Positions 24,968-39,072 of a stretch of DNA of 64,000 nt are shown piece by piece. Both the position numbers and the translations under genes were made by a program. This stretch comes from Nitrospirales bacterium (GTDB taxonomy: Bacteria; Nitrospirota; Nitrospiria; Nitrospirales; UBA8639). Location of the stretch: contig CBDBCZ010000012.1 of the NCBI GenBank assembly GCA_965203295.1, forward strand, positions 96,001 to 160,000, in the 5' to 3' direction. Below the pieces are notes generated by a model. That model was not told the DNA's origin. It did no database searches and saw nothing but the letters and a program-made list of their open reading frames with translations. How positions within the stretch are numbered: the first letter of the stretch is position 1; each line of letters starts with the position of its first letter.

Positions 24968-27900
24968 CAATCAAGGGGTTTACTCTCAGGTCAAGCACTA
25001 TGAGACATGTGTTCACTTTCAGTACTTCCAGAAGACTGACTGCCCCACCAGTAGTGACACCACAGGACTGGATGTCTATGGCTGGGAGTTACAGAAGTAA
25101 TTGTACCATCACTACAGGCATAATTGTACTGAATTTACAATCCTGTGCGTAAATTACACAAGTGACTGTACAAGATATGAATGGATCTACAATGTATGAG
25201 TGTACACACTGTACGTATATGTTTTTTTTCAACCTCACTGCTTTCCCAAAGAGCTTGACTTCTTTATTTGGACTGCCACATTAAATAGATGATAATTATT
25301 CTACGACTCCCCACATCCAGATGAAACCATAGAGAAGGTTGGAAGAAGCTAACCCACATGTACGTACATACCTCTGAGGCACACATCATCTCTGAGTGCT
25401 TCTGCAAACTCTTGTGCACCTTTATCACCAATGTCAACGTTGAAGTTTAGTGTAACTCTGCGCAGACCTGGTATCTTTTCCAGTTTGAGCTTTTGTGATC
25501 GGAGGCTATCTTTCCAAGCTTCACTTTGTCTGTGCAGGCAATGTTGCTGCAGAAATAGTAAAGGCGTAGTAAATAAATGTAGCCTCGTATCCAGATAGAC
25601 CTATTACCACCGTAGTAATGTATCTGAGATGTATATCAGTACATATATGTATATACAATCTCTTTACTACGTAGCTACACGCAAGTTCCTTCTTTCATTA
25701 CAGCAAGAAAAATAGGCTACTCTCCAGTTCAATTCAGTGACAGCTTTAGTCCTTGTTTTGTAAGGCACGGTACCATACACAGGAAGAGCAACTAAAATGT
25801 GACTTCCAATCTTTAAAAGCCACTCTGAATACCTGTCTGCCAATCACGATGACTGAAGTGTTGACAGAACTGTTAGTCTACCTCAGTGAAAACTTTTGTT
25901 TCGTTAGAAAGAGAAAGGAATCTATTCTAAATCAAAGCAACAACCTCTTGTGATGTTCGTAAAATTCTACTTGCTAACCATCCTAGAGCGATGGTATAGA
26001 AGTAAAGCCTGTTGACTGTTGCCACAGTTAGCAACACTGTTGTCGTGAGTGACATATTGTGCATGCAAATAACATGTAGTTGATATGTATCGCTAGACTA
26101 TAACCTTGATTAGGACTGCTACTGATGATGCTCCCTGGGATGACAGGCTGCACGCAGTGAGATCCAGCCACTCCAGAGAATAAGAGTTCTTCACTGCACT
26201 GAAGATGACTGCATAGTAAGGGAATATATTATATATCAGCATCAGTATGAATCTTACGTACATGTACGTTTGGCATGCTTAGAATGGTACCCACAACCAG
26301 CGTGGTCTGTACTGGCTCAGGTATGTATATGATAATTACGTAAGGAGGTGGGAATTAGAGAGCTCGATTGTAATGCATGTACATGCATTGGATTAAGTAA
26401 CTCGGTATTACAATGTAAGCTATCATCAGCCACACTTCAGTAATCTACAACGCTTGTGATTAAGAGAAATACAGTAGTTTGGTTTGCTTGAGCAACACTT
26501 CATATTCCGCCAACTAATAGAGCTCACCTTCAGCAGCCTTGTTCCCGATCTCAGATCCCTTCAGTGAAAGATGCACCAATGATGTAGTTTTCACGAATCC
26601 CTAAACATGGAGGTAGGAAGATGGCCACACCAGGAATACTTCCTGGCAAACATAATTCAATCATAATATGGTGCGGACTACAAGCGCTATTTAAGTATAT
26701 GATCGAGTGGTTCCAGTGGGGTTGGTACCTAAATGAGTTCCCTCAACAGTGAATCAGGCATCACCGCCCAATACTACCATAGTCTCATGCCCAGCCACAT
26801 GTTAGAAAGGTGGGTGTGGCACACTGTATAATCAAAGTTGGTTTAAAAATACGTCAGCAGTCCCAGAACTGGACCGGCAATGCGAAGTGGATATCACAGA
26901 TGCATCTATGTTGTAGCCTTGTTCCCAGCCACCAGTTCTTGCAAAAATAAATGGGAGAAGTAACTTTTCCCGTTTATTTTCCTGAGTGCACGTGGGAGGA
27001 GCCTGGAAACGAGGCCATTCATGTCGCTGAACTCTCCATGGTTAGGTGGGTGCGAAGTGGCTGCTGCAACTGTGATATCCGCTTGGTGATGTAATACTAC
27101 AATCAGCCAATCGCACTGCCGGTCCAGATCTGGGATTGCTGACGTATGGCTAACCCAAATTTCAATACACAGGGCACCAGTCCCACTTTTTTAACGTGGG
27201 GGCTGGGCACGAGACTACCACTACTATGGCCTACTGCAACTGTGATATCTGTTTGGTGATGAAATATTCGATGCCGGTCCAGAACTGTGGCCACTGATGT
27301 AATGCTGCCGCAACTTTGAATATACAGGGCGTAACGTAGGGCTGGGCACGAGACAAATAATGCCAGGGCTAGCTAGACATGTGGCAATAATGAAAAACCC
27401 AATTGCAATGTAGAGTCTCAGAAATAAATGTTTTCACTCCACAATGTGACAGTTAAGGGATGGCCATACGTGCAAACTACATGTATACACTGTCCAAGCT
27501 AAACTACGTAAAATCACATGACTATACTAGATAAAGACAAGGACTAGAATATTTTAGCAACGTTATTGTAATTTCAGTTTCATGATACACGCAATTAATA
27601 TATACTAACATGTAGTAGCCAGTAGTGGCTGTACACACTGTGCATACTATCAAATGTAATGGATATGCCCCCCACACTGTTTAGGCTAGAAAATGCACAA
27701 TTTAGATTTGTGGTACTGTAGATACAAAGCTGCCTTCACATCTACATGCTAACTGCATTTACCTGTGCTAAACACTTGCAGTCTTTCAGGTGTAGGTGAA
27801 CACCTTCAAACACGAGAGACTTTAGAGCACTTGAGGCACACAAGCACCCTTGAACAGATCTATCATAGAGTCATTCCATTATATATATCAGTATATGCAG

Positions 27901-28825
27901 TGCTGTATATACTGCAAAGCACAAGCTTAATTAGTGTGATCATAGATAGTAGAGTAGAAGGAGTTCCTGTCCTTCTACTCGACTATCTATGGTGTGATAA
28001 AAAGTATCTTAAGGTTCAAAACTGCATTGATTATTAACTAAAGATCAATGCACTAACTTTAATGCAGCTAGAGCTACCGTACCAGTTGTCTAATGAGGGC
28101 TCTATCCTACTATTAACACATATACCTTTAACACCATCAACTGCAGGTACGTACTTGGCAATGCTGTACACTGTACTTCTATCAGGCACACCACGTCTCA
28201 TGTGGAACAGCAGCAACTCTTTCGTACTTCACACCATCTGCAGAACAAAGAGAAGCGATATTTGCTAGTTATAGCTGACAGTAGTCTAAGACTAGTGTTT
28301 CTTTGTACATAGATTCACTATTATAAACATACCGACACAGCAGTCAATCAACTGGAAGCTTTCTGCTTATGCTGTACACAAAGCTGCCCTGTGCAAATGT
28401 ACATCTATCCTCGCTCCCAGGCCCTCACTTCATTTGGTTGCATGAAGGCTAGCATAATATACTTGTAAAAAGTCACTGGATTAATGGAGGTACTGTCTAA
28501 CTACATGTATTGGTGTACTGACCACTATTTACAGTATTATAGACAAAAGGTCTAATTACATACCAATGCTTCTCACAGTTGGGTAAAGTCTTTCCTCCCA
28601 TTTGTCTATGAAGGCAACAGTATGCAGTGCCTTGTTGATCTGTAAAGCAGTCAGAAGTGGGTGCCAGTCGTTTCTCTTAGCCTTGTAGACCCGACAACTC
28701 AGCACTCCTTCCTTGGCTCCACTGCGGATACTGGCTATAGGACACGTGTCCTCCAGGGCACACAGGCTTTCATAGTAAGCTACAAAGTCTTCAGCTCCTC
28801 GCTGATGAATGCGAACAGCCTCCAT
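24968..28825 (-). CDS. CEP78: Centrosomal protein of 78 kDa (LRR region), 7 coding exons; appears 3'-truncated with a frame problem in exon 2
   Basis: Exons 28825-28564 ([42 protein letters not shown]), 28237-28155, ~27859-27763 ([15 protein letters not shown]), 26600-26528 ([12 protein letters not shown]), 26208-26105, 25546-25372 ([29 protein letters not shown]), 25081-24968 ([19 protein letters not shown]). Collinear with the CEP78 N-terminus as I recall it. Confidence 0.88.
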
Positions 28826-29769
28826 CTATGGTTGAAATAGCAACTTCTGATATAGAGGTATTAGCTATACCGTACCATGCACAAGCTGCTCTGAATATAG
28901 TTAACTCCCTATAGCTACATGAACGCATACTAGATTTATTTCTTTCTGGTAGGTTTAGATTGTAGTTGCATTGTCTTGCAAGTACATGTAATCTGCTGTT
29001 TTAATGGATTATGAAAGTAGTTCAAGCACCTATTTCACAACATATATGTGAATAAGAAGGTGCTTTGCACTCATTTTGATAAAAAAATTATGGCAAAAAT
29101 TAAATGTAGTTGTTCCAAGTCTGTACTAAAATGACAGTAGAAAAAATGATGGGACTAAGATCTTTATTTAATGTGACAATATAAAGCCCCTCAGAAGGTT
29201 ATAAACAGAATGTTATTCAAGTATTCCATCAAACATCTTTAGTGACACACTCTATGAATTTGTGTGCAACATGTGGCCGTAGGTAAAGTACAAAGGTCTC
29301 TGCAGGCAGGCTTGGAAAAGATGCTATCAGTGTATTAAAGGTATACAAGAGTCACCAACACCTTCAGGTGCTGGGAGCAGTAAGTGTAGTGTCTGGAGAC
29401 ACTAGCCTTGAGCTGCATATGGGACACGAGTTCAAATCCTGGTTCAGCAAAAACCCAATGAAGGTTTGGAGCAGCTATGGTACAGGGCTGGGTGTTTTTC
29501 TCTTGCTGTGGAAACTGGTACATGTACATACGGCATATCAGCTTCCCACAGTGTTTCAGATACCATTTTTATAACCCAATTTGGTATCTTTCACGGCTGA
29601 TTAAGCATTCCAGTACACTAATTAAATGCTGCAGCTACAAGTATAGGCAAATCAGGATTCTAGAGGTCTGGCAAACAAAGAACGTTAGGATTGTCTCTAT
29701 GATATTATAGAATCTGTAGGTGAAGGCTACACCAACATGTGGACAGCAAAAGTAGCAAGATCGCTCTAA

Positions 29770-30260
29770 AGTCAGTAGGCATTGTTTGCCCGAGTGCACT
29801 TCTCCCTGAGTGAATCAGGCAAACAAACCAATCATTTTGTAAGGATCATCAACCTTTGTACTCTCCTAACACTAAGTGTCTTTGGCTATCCATGGTATTT
29901 TGCTCTAGGTGGATAAACCATTGCGGAATAATTTATTGAGTCATACAAGTTTCAGTTGTAATGGTTTACAGTTGCTGATGATGTTGCTGCTGATAATTTT
30001 CCTTATGGACACCCTATAGCGTCTCTACTACATTCACCAAATATGCAGCATGTGCAGTCAGTCAAGAAAGCCACACCTCTTCGCAGTCGCATCCACTGCA
30101 GCAACGCAAGACCGTACTAGCGTGAGACTCTACACAAACGCTTAGCATGCACGTGAGAACCCAGCTCCTCCTGTATAACACATTTTACGCAATTAAAATC
30201 AGATGATCTGGAGTGGCCCTGATGCGCCACTGGTTTCAAGGCAGTTCATGGATTATAATT
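29770..30260 (+). repeat. Diverged dispersed duplication, second copy at ~37215-37940
   Basis: Collinear blocks such as GTAGGCATTG..GAGTGCA..TCAGGCA..CCAATCATTTTGTAA, GCAAGACCGTAC..TAGCGTGAGACT and TTCAAGGCAGTTCATGGATT. Confidence 0.8.
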
Positions 30261-33200
30261 TACTGCAATACTGTAAGCGATCCCCAAGTTGGTAGAAGTT
30301 GGAGCTAGCTAGCTAGCTAGCTAGACTAACGTGCTACCATAGATAGTAGAAGTTATCTATGGTGCTACGTACCTTGACTCTGGTTGCTGTAGTTTGCAGC
30401 AGAGATACTAATAATACCTTTGTTTGCAGCTTTAGTCAAACTCACATCCCCGCCCCCCAAAAGGAAAAAAAAACAAACAAAAACAAAGACCCGGCAATGA
30501 TAAGTGAGACTTCGACCTGTTCGCGTCTACTGCCATACCTCTCATTTCATGTATTATAGGAATCGAGAACGCGAAAAGGAAACGACAGCGAGCTAAGGAA
30601 CCACGAAATAATAAATGCGGGGGCGGGCACACTACGATATGCGCCGCACGCGTCAATGCTTTTCGCGCCAGCTCACGCAGCTCTTGACTGCGCAAGAAAG
30701 TTGAACTCTCTAGAATTAAAGTACAGAAGAATGAAGTCTCTATTCAAGGAACAGGGAGGTTATAGGTATTATCAAATAATTTGTAGCAAGACCTGACAGT
30801 TCCCAATTAATGCCCCACCAGGTAGTTTCACGAGTTCACCTGAAACAGTAATTGATTGTTGGTATCTATCAATAAATAAGAGTAAAATGGAAGCGGTAAC
30901 ATACAAGAAAGATTATAGAAGTCTGTCAACATTAAGGATTCTGAAGCATCTTGAAGAGGATAATATATATCGTTATAAGGCCAAACGAACTTTTATCACA
31001 GCCTCTAGTTTCCAGGGAGAATGGAGAGGAACCAAATTCCCAATTTCATTTTCACCTCTAATTAATTGTACGCATTACTTTTCTTGTGTTTGCCTTTAGT
31101 GATTGCTGAAATGAAACATAGGTGGGAGATAATTAGTCACACAGAACACAACTTCAATAAGCAAAGTGGAATGAACCATCTAAGGAGCAATGTAAGTAAC
31201 TATGCCTCATATTGACAGCCAACTTTGAGATCAGGGTATTCCTAGCAGAGAGAATTGGGGAAGTTACTGCTTCCCAATTAATTGCCTACTCTGACAGAGT
31301 GCACACATTAATCTTCTTTAGAGATAGCAGATATGTGGGAATAAACAAATTATATGCAGTGCACAATCGTAATAAGCTGCTCTAGAAGGAACTGTGTAAA
31401 AAACAGCGTAAGTAAAACCATACCCATGACAGTCTACTTAGAGATCACACAAAGTCAGGCAAGATATTCCTAGCTAATTGGGAATCTGCCAGAGAGAATA
31501 GAGAGGAACCAGCTTCCCAATTTCATTCCCCACTCTAATTAATTGTACACGTTACTTTTCTTGTGTTTGCAAAATGTTACTTCAAAGTTTGTAAGCAGAA
31601 AACATAAGCGGAAGATAACTAATTTAGTTACACCGAACACAACTTCCATAAGAAGTCGTTGAATGAACCATCTAAAAAGCACTGGAACAACAAACAGAAC
31701 AAAATGTGAGGAAAATTAAATAACACAATCTCAGTAAGCTTCTCTAGAAGGAACCATGCATGTAAGGAACCGTACGTACCACTGACAGCCCACTTTGAGA
31801 AACACAAAGACAGGTAAGGTATTCCTAGCTAATTGAGAATCTGTCTCTTTACTGCAAAGATACCAACAGCACAGCCTCTAACTACCAGAGAGAATGGAGA
31901 GGAATCAGCTTCCAATTTAATATCCCACTCTAATTAATGACGCACATTACTTTTTTGTGTGTTCGCACAATGTAACTTTAGAGATTGCAGGCAGAAAACA
32001 GGTGGGGGATGATTAGTCTCACAGAACACAACTTCAATAAGCAACCACTGAAGGTATCATCTACGGAGCAAAGTAAGGAACCGTGCCTCATATTGACAGC
32101 CAACTTTGAGATCAGTGTATTCCTAGCAGAGAAAATTGGAGCAGTTGCTGCTTCCCAAATAATTGCCTACTCTGGTAAGTGCATGCTTTACTCTCCTCAT
32201 GTTAACACAATGATTCTTTAGGGAAAGGAGACAGGACAAATGTAAAAAAAAACAAGTTATGCGGTAAACAATTGCAGTAAGCTGCTTTCGAAGGAACCGT
32301 GAGGAACCGTACCGCTGACAGCCCACTTTGAGATCACACAAAGTCAGGCAAGGTATTCCTAACTAATTGGAAATCTGTTTCTTTATTGCAAAGATACCAA
32401 CAGCACAGCTTCTAACTACCAGAGAGAGCGGAAAGGTACCAGCTTCGCAATTTCATTCTCCACTCTAATTAATAGTACACAATACTTTTCTTGTGATGGC
32501 AAAATGTTACTTCAGAGATTGCAGGCAAAAAACCATAGTTAGTACTCTACAATCTATGATGAAACATAGGACGTGGGGGAAATTAGTCACATGCACAGAA
32601 CACAAATTCGATCTGAAACCGTGGAATGAACCATCTAAAAATCACAGTAGTAACTGTGCCTCATATTGACAAAAAAGATTATAGACGACTGCCAACATTA
32701 AGGAGAAGCATCTTGAAGAGGAGTATATCGTTATAAGGCTAAACAAACTTCTATCACAGCCTCTAGCTGCCAGGGAGAATGGAGAGGTACCAAATTTCCA
32801 ATTTCATTTTCAACTCTAATTAATTGTACACATTACTGTTCTTGTGTTTGCCTTTAGTGATTGCTGAAATGAAACATAGGTGGGAGATAATTAGTCACAC
32901 AGAACACAACTTCAATAAGCAAAGTGGAATGAACCATCAATAAGCAACCGTTGAAGGAACGTCTAAGGATCAAAGTAAGGAGCCGTGTCTTGTACTGACA
33001 GCCAACTTTGAGATCAGTGCATATTCCTAGCAGAGAGAATTGGAGCCGTACCTCTCATTTCATGTAGTATTGGTATCGAGAACGCGACAATGAACCGACA
33101 GCTAGCTAAGGAAAAGGAACCACCAAGTAAATAAATGCGGGGGCGGGGCACGCTACGATATGCACCGCGTGCGTCAATGCTTTTTGCGCCAGCTCACGCA

Positions 33201-33521
33201 GCTCTTGACTGCGCAAGAAAGTTGAACTCTCTAGAATTAAAGTACAGAAGAATGAAGTCTCTATTCAAGGAACAGGGGGTTATAGGTATTATCAAATAAT
33301 TTGTAGCAAGACCTGACAGTTCCCAATTTATACCCCATGCACCTAGCAGTTTCATGAGTTCACATGAAACAGTAATTGATTGTAGGTATCTATCAATGGA
33401 TGCATGTAAAGAACTTTGAGATTGTACTTCTGTAAAATGGAAGCGGCAACATACAAGAAAGATTATAGACGTCTGTTAACATTAAGGATTCTGAAGCACC
33501 TTGAAGAGGAGTATATATATC

Positions 33522-34213
33522 GTTATACCACATTACATCACATCCAAGGTGTTTGATTGGAGCAGAAGAGGAGTATAAAGGGTCATATACTACATTTATG
33601 TTTTCATCTTTTAATATACTGCTTTCATGTTTTATGTATTATGACATCGTAAATAACTGCTGCCTCTGGGAATGCTAGCCCAGCGTTTCTAGGTACCTAC
33701 TCCACTGATTGGTCAAATGTTGTATAAGCCGGATATACCACGCCTAGGCAAGAAGCGATTGGCCGCCTGTGTATATGTATAGGATATACTCGAAGTATAA
33801 ACGTGATTACTCCGCTAGGCTGTTTACCCTCGGCTATCGCCGAGGGTAAGCCGTCTAGCGGATTATATGTATAGGATATACCGCGTCTACGAGGAGTATA
33901 CACGCAGATAAACTCCGCTAGACAGTTTACCCGAGGCGTAGCCGAGGGTAAACCGTCTAGCGGAGTTTATCGCGTTTATACTCCGATTAGGCGTGGTATA
34001 TCCGGCTTATATCACAGGCGACCAATCGCTTCTTGCCGTTTGTCATCGCCATAGTTACCATTCAGTAGTATTCATTTATTATGTAAACAAAAAACACGTC
34101 AACGAACCTGAAAACACGCATGGAAAACATGAAAACAAAATAGTAGTATAAACACCTTTATACTCCTCTCTGTAGCCAATGAATTTCTCCAAAAGTGATG
34201 TAATGTGATATAA
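33522..34213. mobile_element. Foldback/MITE with long imperfect inverted arms, inserted in the repeat array
   Basis: Termini GTTATACCACATTACATCAC / GTGATGTAATGTGATATAAC; internal palindromes TTACCCTCGGCTATCGCCGAGGGTAA and TTTACCCGAGGCGTAGCCGAGGGTAAA. Confidence 0.75.
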
Positions 34214-35192
34214 CTGCGTTTACACTCCTCGTAGACGTGGTATATCCCATACTTATAAGGCTAAACAAACTTTCATTACCAAATTCCCAATTTCATTTCC
34301 AACTCTAGTTAATTGTACACATTACTTTTCTTGTGTTTGCCATTAGTGATTGCTAAAATGAAACATAGGTGGGAGATAATTAGTCACACAGAACACAACT
34401 TCAATAAGCAAAGTGGAATGAGCCATTAATAAGCAACCGTTGAAGAAACGTCTAATAAGGAACCGTGTCTTGTAGTGCATACTTTACTCTCCTCATGTGA
34501 ACACAATGATTCTTTAGGGAAAGAAGACAGGATAAATGTGAAAACAAACAAAATTATATGCAGTACAAAATCGTAATACGCTGCTCTAGATGGAACCGTG
34601 TAAGGAACCAAGTCAGGAACACTACCCCTGACAGCCCACTTTGAGATAGCACTTCAATACCTGAAGAAGGGTGGACACTAAAAGCCACAACCTCTCACTA
34701 CCAGAGAGAATTGGAGCAGCTACTGCTTCCTAATTTCATCCCCGCACTACATCTATTACTTTTCATATGTTCTCACAATGATCTGCTAGAGATATTCGGT
34801 ACAAACAATAGGTAGTAACAACTAGTAAATGAACACAGTATACAACATCAGCAAGCAACTCTAGAAAGAACCGTGCAAGGATTCGTACCACTAAGAGCCC
34901 ACTCCGTGAAATATTGTATTTGAAGAATTGAAGTAAGAATATTCCTTTGCACAACTAATAGGAAATCAGTTTTTGCATTTTAAAGATGCTAAGAGCCACA
35001 CTCTCTAGCTACCAGGGAGAAAAAATAATTGACTGCTTCCTAAACACATCCCCGCTCTAATTTAGCGTTCATAGTTCTCCTTTAAAAGACAGCAGACATA
35101 ACAAAATGTGAAAATGGACAAACTATGCAGTGCCTAATCGCGCCAAGCAGCTCTAGAAGGAATCATGTAAGCAACCATGTACAGTAAAAAAA

Positions 35193-35410
35193 ATGCAGAA
35201 AAAAGTGGAATTTCCTGAAACGTGTTACAAGGAAATTTGACAGAAAATCTGGTATTTCAGGTACAATTTAAGGTAGTATAGGATAGGGCAGAATTTCATG
35301 ATTTTAAAGGAAATTCTACCCTATCCTATACTGTCCTGTACCCAAACTGCCAGATTTCCTGTCAAATTTCCCTGTAACGCATTACAGAAAATTCCAATTT
35401 TTTTCTGCAT
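35193..35410. mobile_element. Hairpin MITE
   Basis: Near whole-length palindrome ATGCAGAAAAAA..GGAAATTTGACAG..AGTATAGGATAGGG / CCCTATCCTATACT..CTGTCAAATTTCC..TTTTTTCTGCAT. Confidence 0.8.
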
Positions 35411-35858
35411 GCGCGTGGTACCCCTGACAGCCCACGTTGAGATCACACAAAGTCAGGCAAGGTACGTATTCCTAGCTAATTGGGAATCTGTCTCTGTATT
35501 CCAGAGATACCAAAAGCCACAGCCTCTAGCTACCAGAGAGAGAGGAAAAGTAACAGCTTCCCCACTCTAAGTAAGCATACGTACACACTCCTTATCTCAT
35601 GCAGTTAATTCAGAGAGAGTGAGAAACAATTATAGTTCACGTACTTATATCTCTAGAGATTACAACTTCAGTAAGCAACGCATGGTTAAACTCAATTCTT
35701 GTAAGAAAATGTCCTACATACTGACAGCCCCCTTTCACATCGCACTAGAAGAATAACTAAACTGAAGGTGGGAATCCGTCTCTGTACTATATAAATACCA
35801 AGAGCCACATTTCTGGGATTATAGTTTACACCAGGATAAATAGTCTAAAAATAACCTT

Positions 35859-36070
35859 GGCTTAGAGGTTGAGTGCTTCTGTATATATGTCTGTTGAACA
35901 GGCAACCTTGGTACAATGTCACTGCTTCATAGAAATCACTTTTTGGTTATAATAGCTACCCTCATTATTGGTCAGGAATATGTATAAGAGCAACCGAAAA
36001 GTGACTACTAAGAAATAGCGACATTGTACCTCAGGGTGCCTGCTTGCCGGACATACATCACCCTCTAAGC
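35859..36070. mobile_element. Hairpin MITE
   Basis: GGCTTAGAGG...GGTACAATGTC / GACATTGTACC...CCTCTAAGCC. Confidence 0.65.
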
Positions 36071-37468
36071 CTACATTACAACATTGCTTACTAATGAAAG
36101 TCTATAACTATTGTTGCTCACCTATATTTTGTACCTGCATACAATCTCTGAATTAAGTTAAACATTATGCGAGTAAGAAAAGTATGCTATACTAGAGTGT
36201 GGAATAAAATTGGGAAGCTGTTACCTCTCCATTTTCTCTGGTAGCTAGAGGCTGTGGCTCTTCACTCTTAGAAATAAAGTGGTCAAAACACACTTATTTA
36301 GGTTGGCGGTAGGATGTCACACAGCACACCAGGTCACCTGTTGTTAGGTTGTGTGTGAGTCTCAGAGTGGGTGAACATTCAATAACTCCTGTTCTGTAAA
36401 ATTTCATAACATCAATTGTGTTCTGTGTGACTAATATCCCCCCACCTATGTTTTGTGCCTGCAATCTCTGAAGTAACAATGTGCAAACACAAGAAAAGTA
36501 ATGTTTAATTCAAATACGATATCTCCGGGTGGGCTGTCAGAAGTATGGTTTCTTACACGGTTCTTTCTACAATTGCTAACTGAAGTGATATGTTTTGTAT
36601 ACTGTCTGTACATGATGGTTGTTTACACAAGAAAAGTTATGTGTGTGCTTATCAATTAGAGTGGGGAATTATTTTGGAAGTAGTAACTGCTCCAAGTATC
36701 TCTTCTAAAACAAGTGACAATTAGATAAGTGTTTGCTACTGCGTTAATATTTAACAAACAATGCAGTGTATGACAGTGGTAAGCAACCCTAGAAAGAACT
36801 GTGTAAGGAACCAAGACAAATCTTGAAAGCAAGATGAGATTTTGGGCATTTCTTAGTCTTGAGAGGGGTACATTCATTACAGAGACAGTGAAAAACACAA
36901 TTCTATATGAAGCACTGCTAAATGGTTGGTAGCTCGGCAGAGATTTAGAAATGAAGTGCAGGAGAGTAAAGCAGGAAAGGAACAGAGCAAGCAGCTCAGA
37001 TCTATCTAGAGTCAGTAGTGATGCTGAGCATAGTTTGGAAGCTCCAGAAGAAAGAGGAAGCAAGATGATTGACAAGGAAGAAATGAGCAAAGAATGTTTC
37101 ATACTCACCCTCCATGCTTAGAAGTAGCTGAATCTTGTGTAACCATGTCAGATAGCACTGAGCATGGCAGTGTGCATTGACCTGCTACCTAAAGGTTGAT
37201 TGGCTTTATATATAAAGTCGTAGGCATTGAGTGCCAGAGTGCATTCCTCCCCGAGTGAGTCAGGCACATGTCCAATCATTTTGTAATGATCCTCAGCCTC
37301 TGTATTTTACTAACACTAGTGTCTTTGGCTGTCCCTCACATATGGCTCTTGGTATATACGCCATTGTGGAGTAATTCATTGAGTCATACTAGTTTCAGTT
37401 GGAGAATCAGTAATGGTTTATGGTGCTGATGGTGTTGCTGCTAATAGTTTACCTTACGGTCACCTTAG

Positions 37469-37609
37469 CCCTTTACCAACCATAGGAAACAGCTTAAAGA
37501 AGCAGAAAAGCCTGTACAAAGTATTATCACCTAGTATTAAAACGGCCATATAAATTCATATGGGCTTATGGGAACTCATGACGCATATGTGTCATTGGTT
37601 GGTAAAGAG
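37469..37609. mobile_element. piggyBac-like MITE
   Basis: TIRs CCCTTTACCAACCA / TGGTTGGTAAAGAG flanked by TTAG / TTAA; not seen in the paralogous segment near 30000. Confidence 0.6.
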
Positions 37610-38517
37610 TTAAATGAAGCCACTGTATTCCCTGCTAAGCTTTACACTCACTAACATGCACTCACTCAGAAAGCCTAACCTCTTGAGGATCTTCGCAGTT
37701 GCTCTGCAGCGACGCAAGACCGTACACTAGCGTGAGACTATATTAAAGCTTACTACAGTACTAATGATTAGCATGCACGTGAGAAGTCAGCTCCTCCCTC
37801 CCGTTACTGCTAGAACCGCAGCCCGCAGTCTGTACACAAATATTAATATGTATAACACATCAACTTTATAGACATAATTAAAATGAGATGATTACAAGTG
37901 GCATTGATGCACCACTGGCTTCAAGGCAGTTCATGGATTTCAATTTCTTGAGTGTTTCCTGCAAAGGAAAAAACAGACACTTGTGGTAGAACCGAGGTGG
38001 GATAGGACACGACCTCTGAGGATCACTCCCATAGACTCTATAGTTGCAACTGCAGTCATCTCGATCCGTACCTGTTAATGTATCTACTTAGAAGTTAGAA
38101 TTGTCCACAGTAGCAAAACATCATACTGCTTTCCATGGTTCTCAACAACAGTGGGCCAAAGAGTGAAAAAATGGTATATACCTTAAATTAATTACCAGGT
38201 CCACACCATTGGACATTAACAGGAAAGTCTTTATCTTCATGCAAATAAGCAGAGGGCTTGGAATAAGCTTACAAAAGTGCCAGTTGAAAATCAATAGGAC
38301 AACAGGAGAGGCCTTGTGCAAATGGACAAATCAGTGCGATCACTAGCTGGTCAAGATCATGACTGCAATGGTAACTATATACACACTTACAGAGACTATA
38401 GGAGTGGCCCTCATTCAGTCCATTAAATACCCACACATTAAACCTACAAGGCCTCTGCCCAACTTTTGCTGCGAGAGAGCCTGGGGACAAAGCTACATAA
38501 ACCAATGGCAGTAGAAA

Positions 38518-39072
38518 CTAGAGGTCTCTAGCAGAGACATACCCCGCGCTCTTGGACCCTGCAGACTGTAGCGCCGTATGCGAGCTGTAGGCGTGGCTGA
38601 TCGCCGTAGTAATGATATGGGCGTTTCTCTGCGTATTCTCAAGTATGCTTTCTATCCGAGTATATACCTCTTCTACGCTCCATGTTGAAGATAAGACTCG
38701 TATACCATACTCGAGGGCTCACGTATGTCCGTATTCAAGCTGTAGGCGTGACCAGCTGCCGTATTAAAAAAGGCGTGACCAATTGCCGTATTAAAAAAAA
38801 TGGTGGAACACACCGATAATCAGAAAAAGCGTGGAAATGCCGAGAATAAAACAGCTATCTACTATATCAGGTACAGACAAGCTAATGTATCGCGGATATC
38901 AGCGAAAACCTCCTGTTTAGAACTTGTTATAGCCTCTAAATCGCCCGTTGGAAGGTTTTTTCAAAATTTTTGTATGACAGACGACGACGACGACGACGAC
39001 AGACGGACAAAACCGATTACTTAACCCCGCTTGCGCGCAGGGTAACTACATCTACGCTTGCGCGCGGGGTAA
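38518..39072 (-). mobile_element. Non-autonomous Helentron-like element (HINE-like), same end structure as 7562-7919
   Basis: On the minus strand it starts TTACCC(C/T)GCGCGCAAGCG..GGTTAAG, has GTCC/(GTC)n repeats, and ends GCGCGGGGTATGTCTC-tgcta-GAGACCTCTAG|T. The 5' end is duplicated in tandem (27 bp). Confidence 0.75.

Larger units (their letters stand above)
30535..36700. repeat. Complex modular repeat/satellite array with higher-order duplication
   Basis: Recurrent modules CTCTAATTAATTGTACACATTACTTTTCTTGTGTTTGC, AATTAGTCACACAGAACACAACTTCAATAAGCA and TGACAGCCMACTTTGAGATCA..TATTCCTAGC. 30535-30980 is repeated at 33048-33525. Inverted copies lie at ~36100-36700. Confidence 0.85.

Noticed and set aside
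36656..37108. 150-aa minus-strand ORF
   Set aside because: Low-complexity Leu/Ser-rich antisense of purine-rich DNA, overlapping repeat modules; no motif
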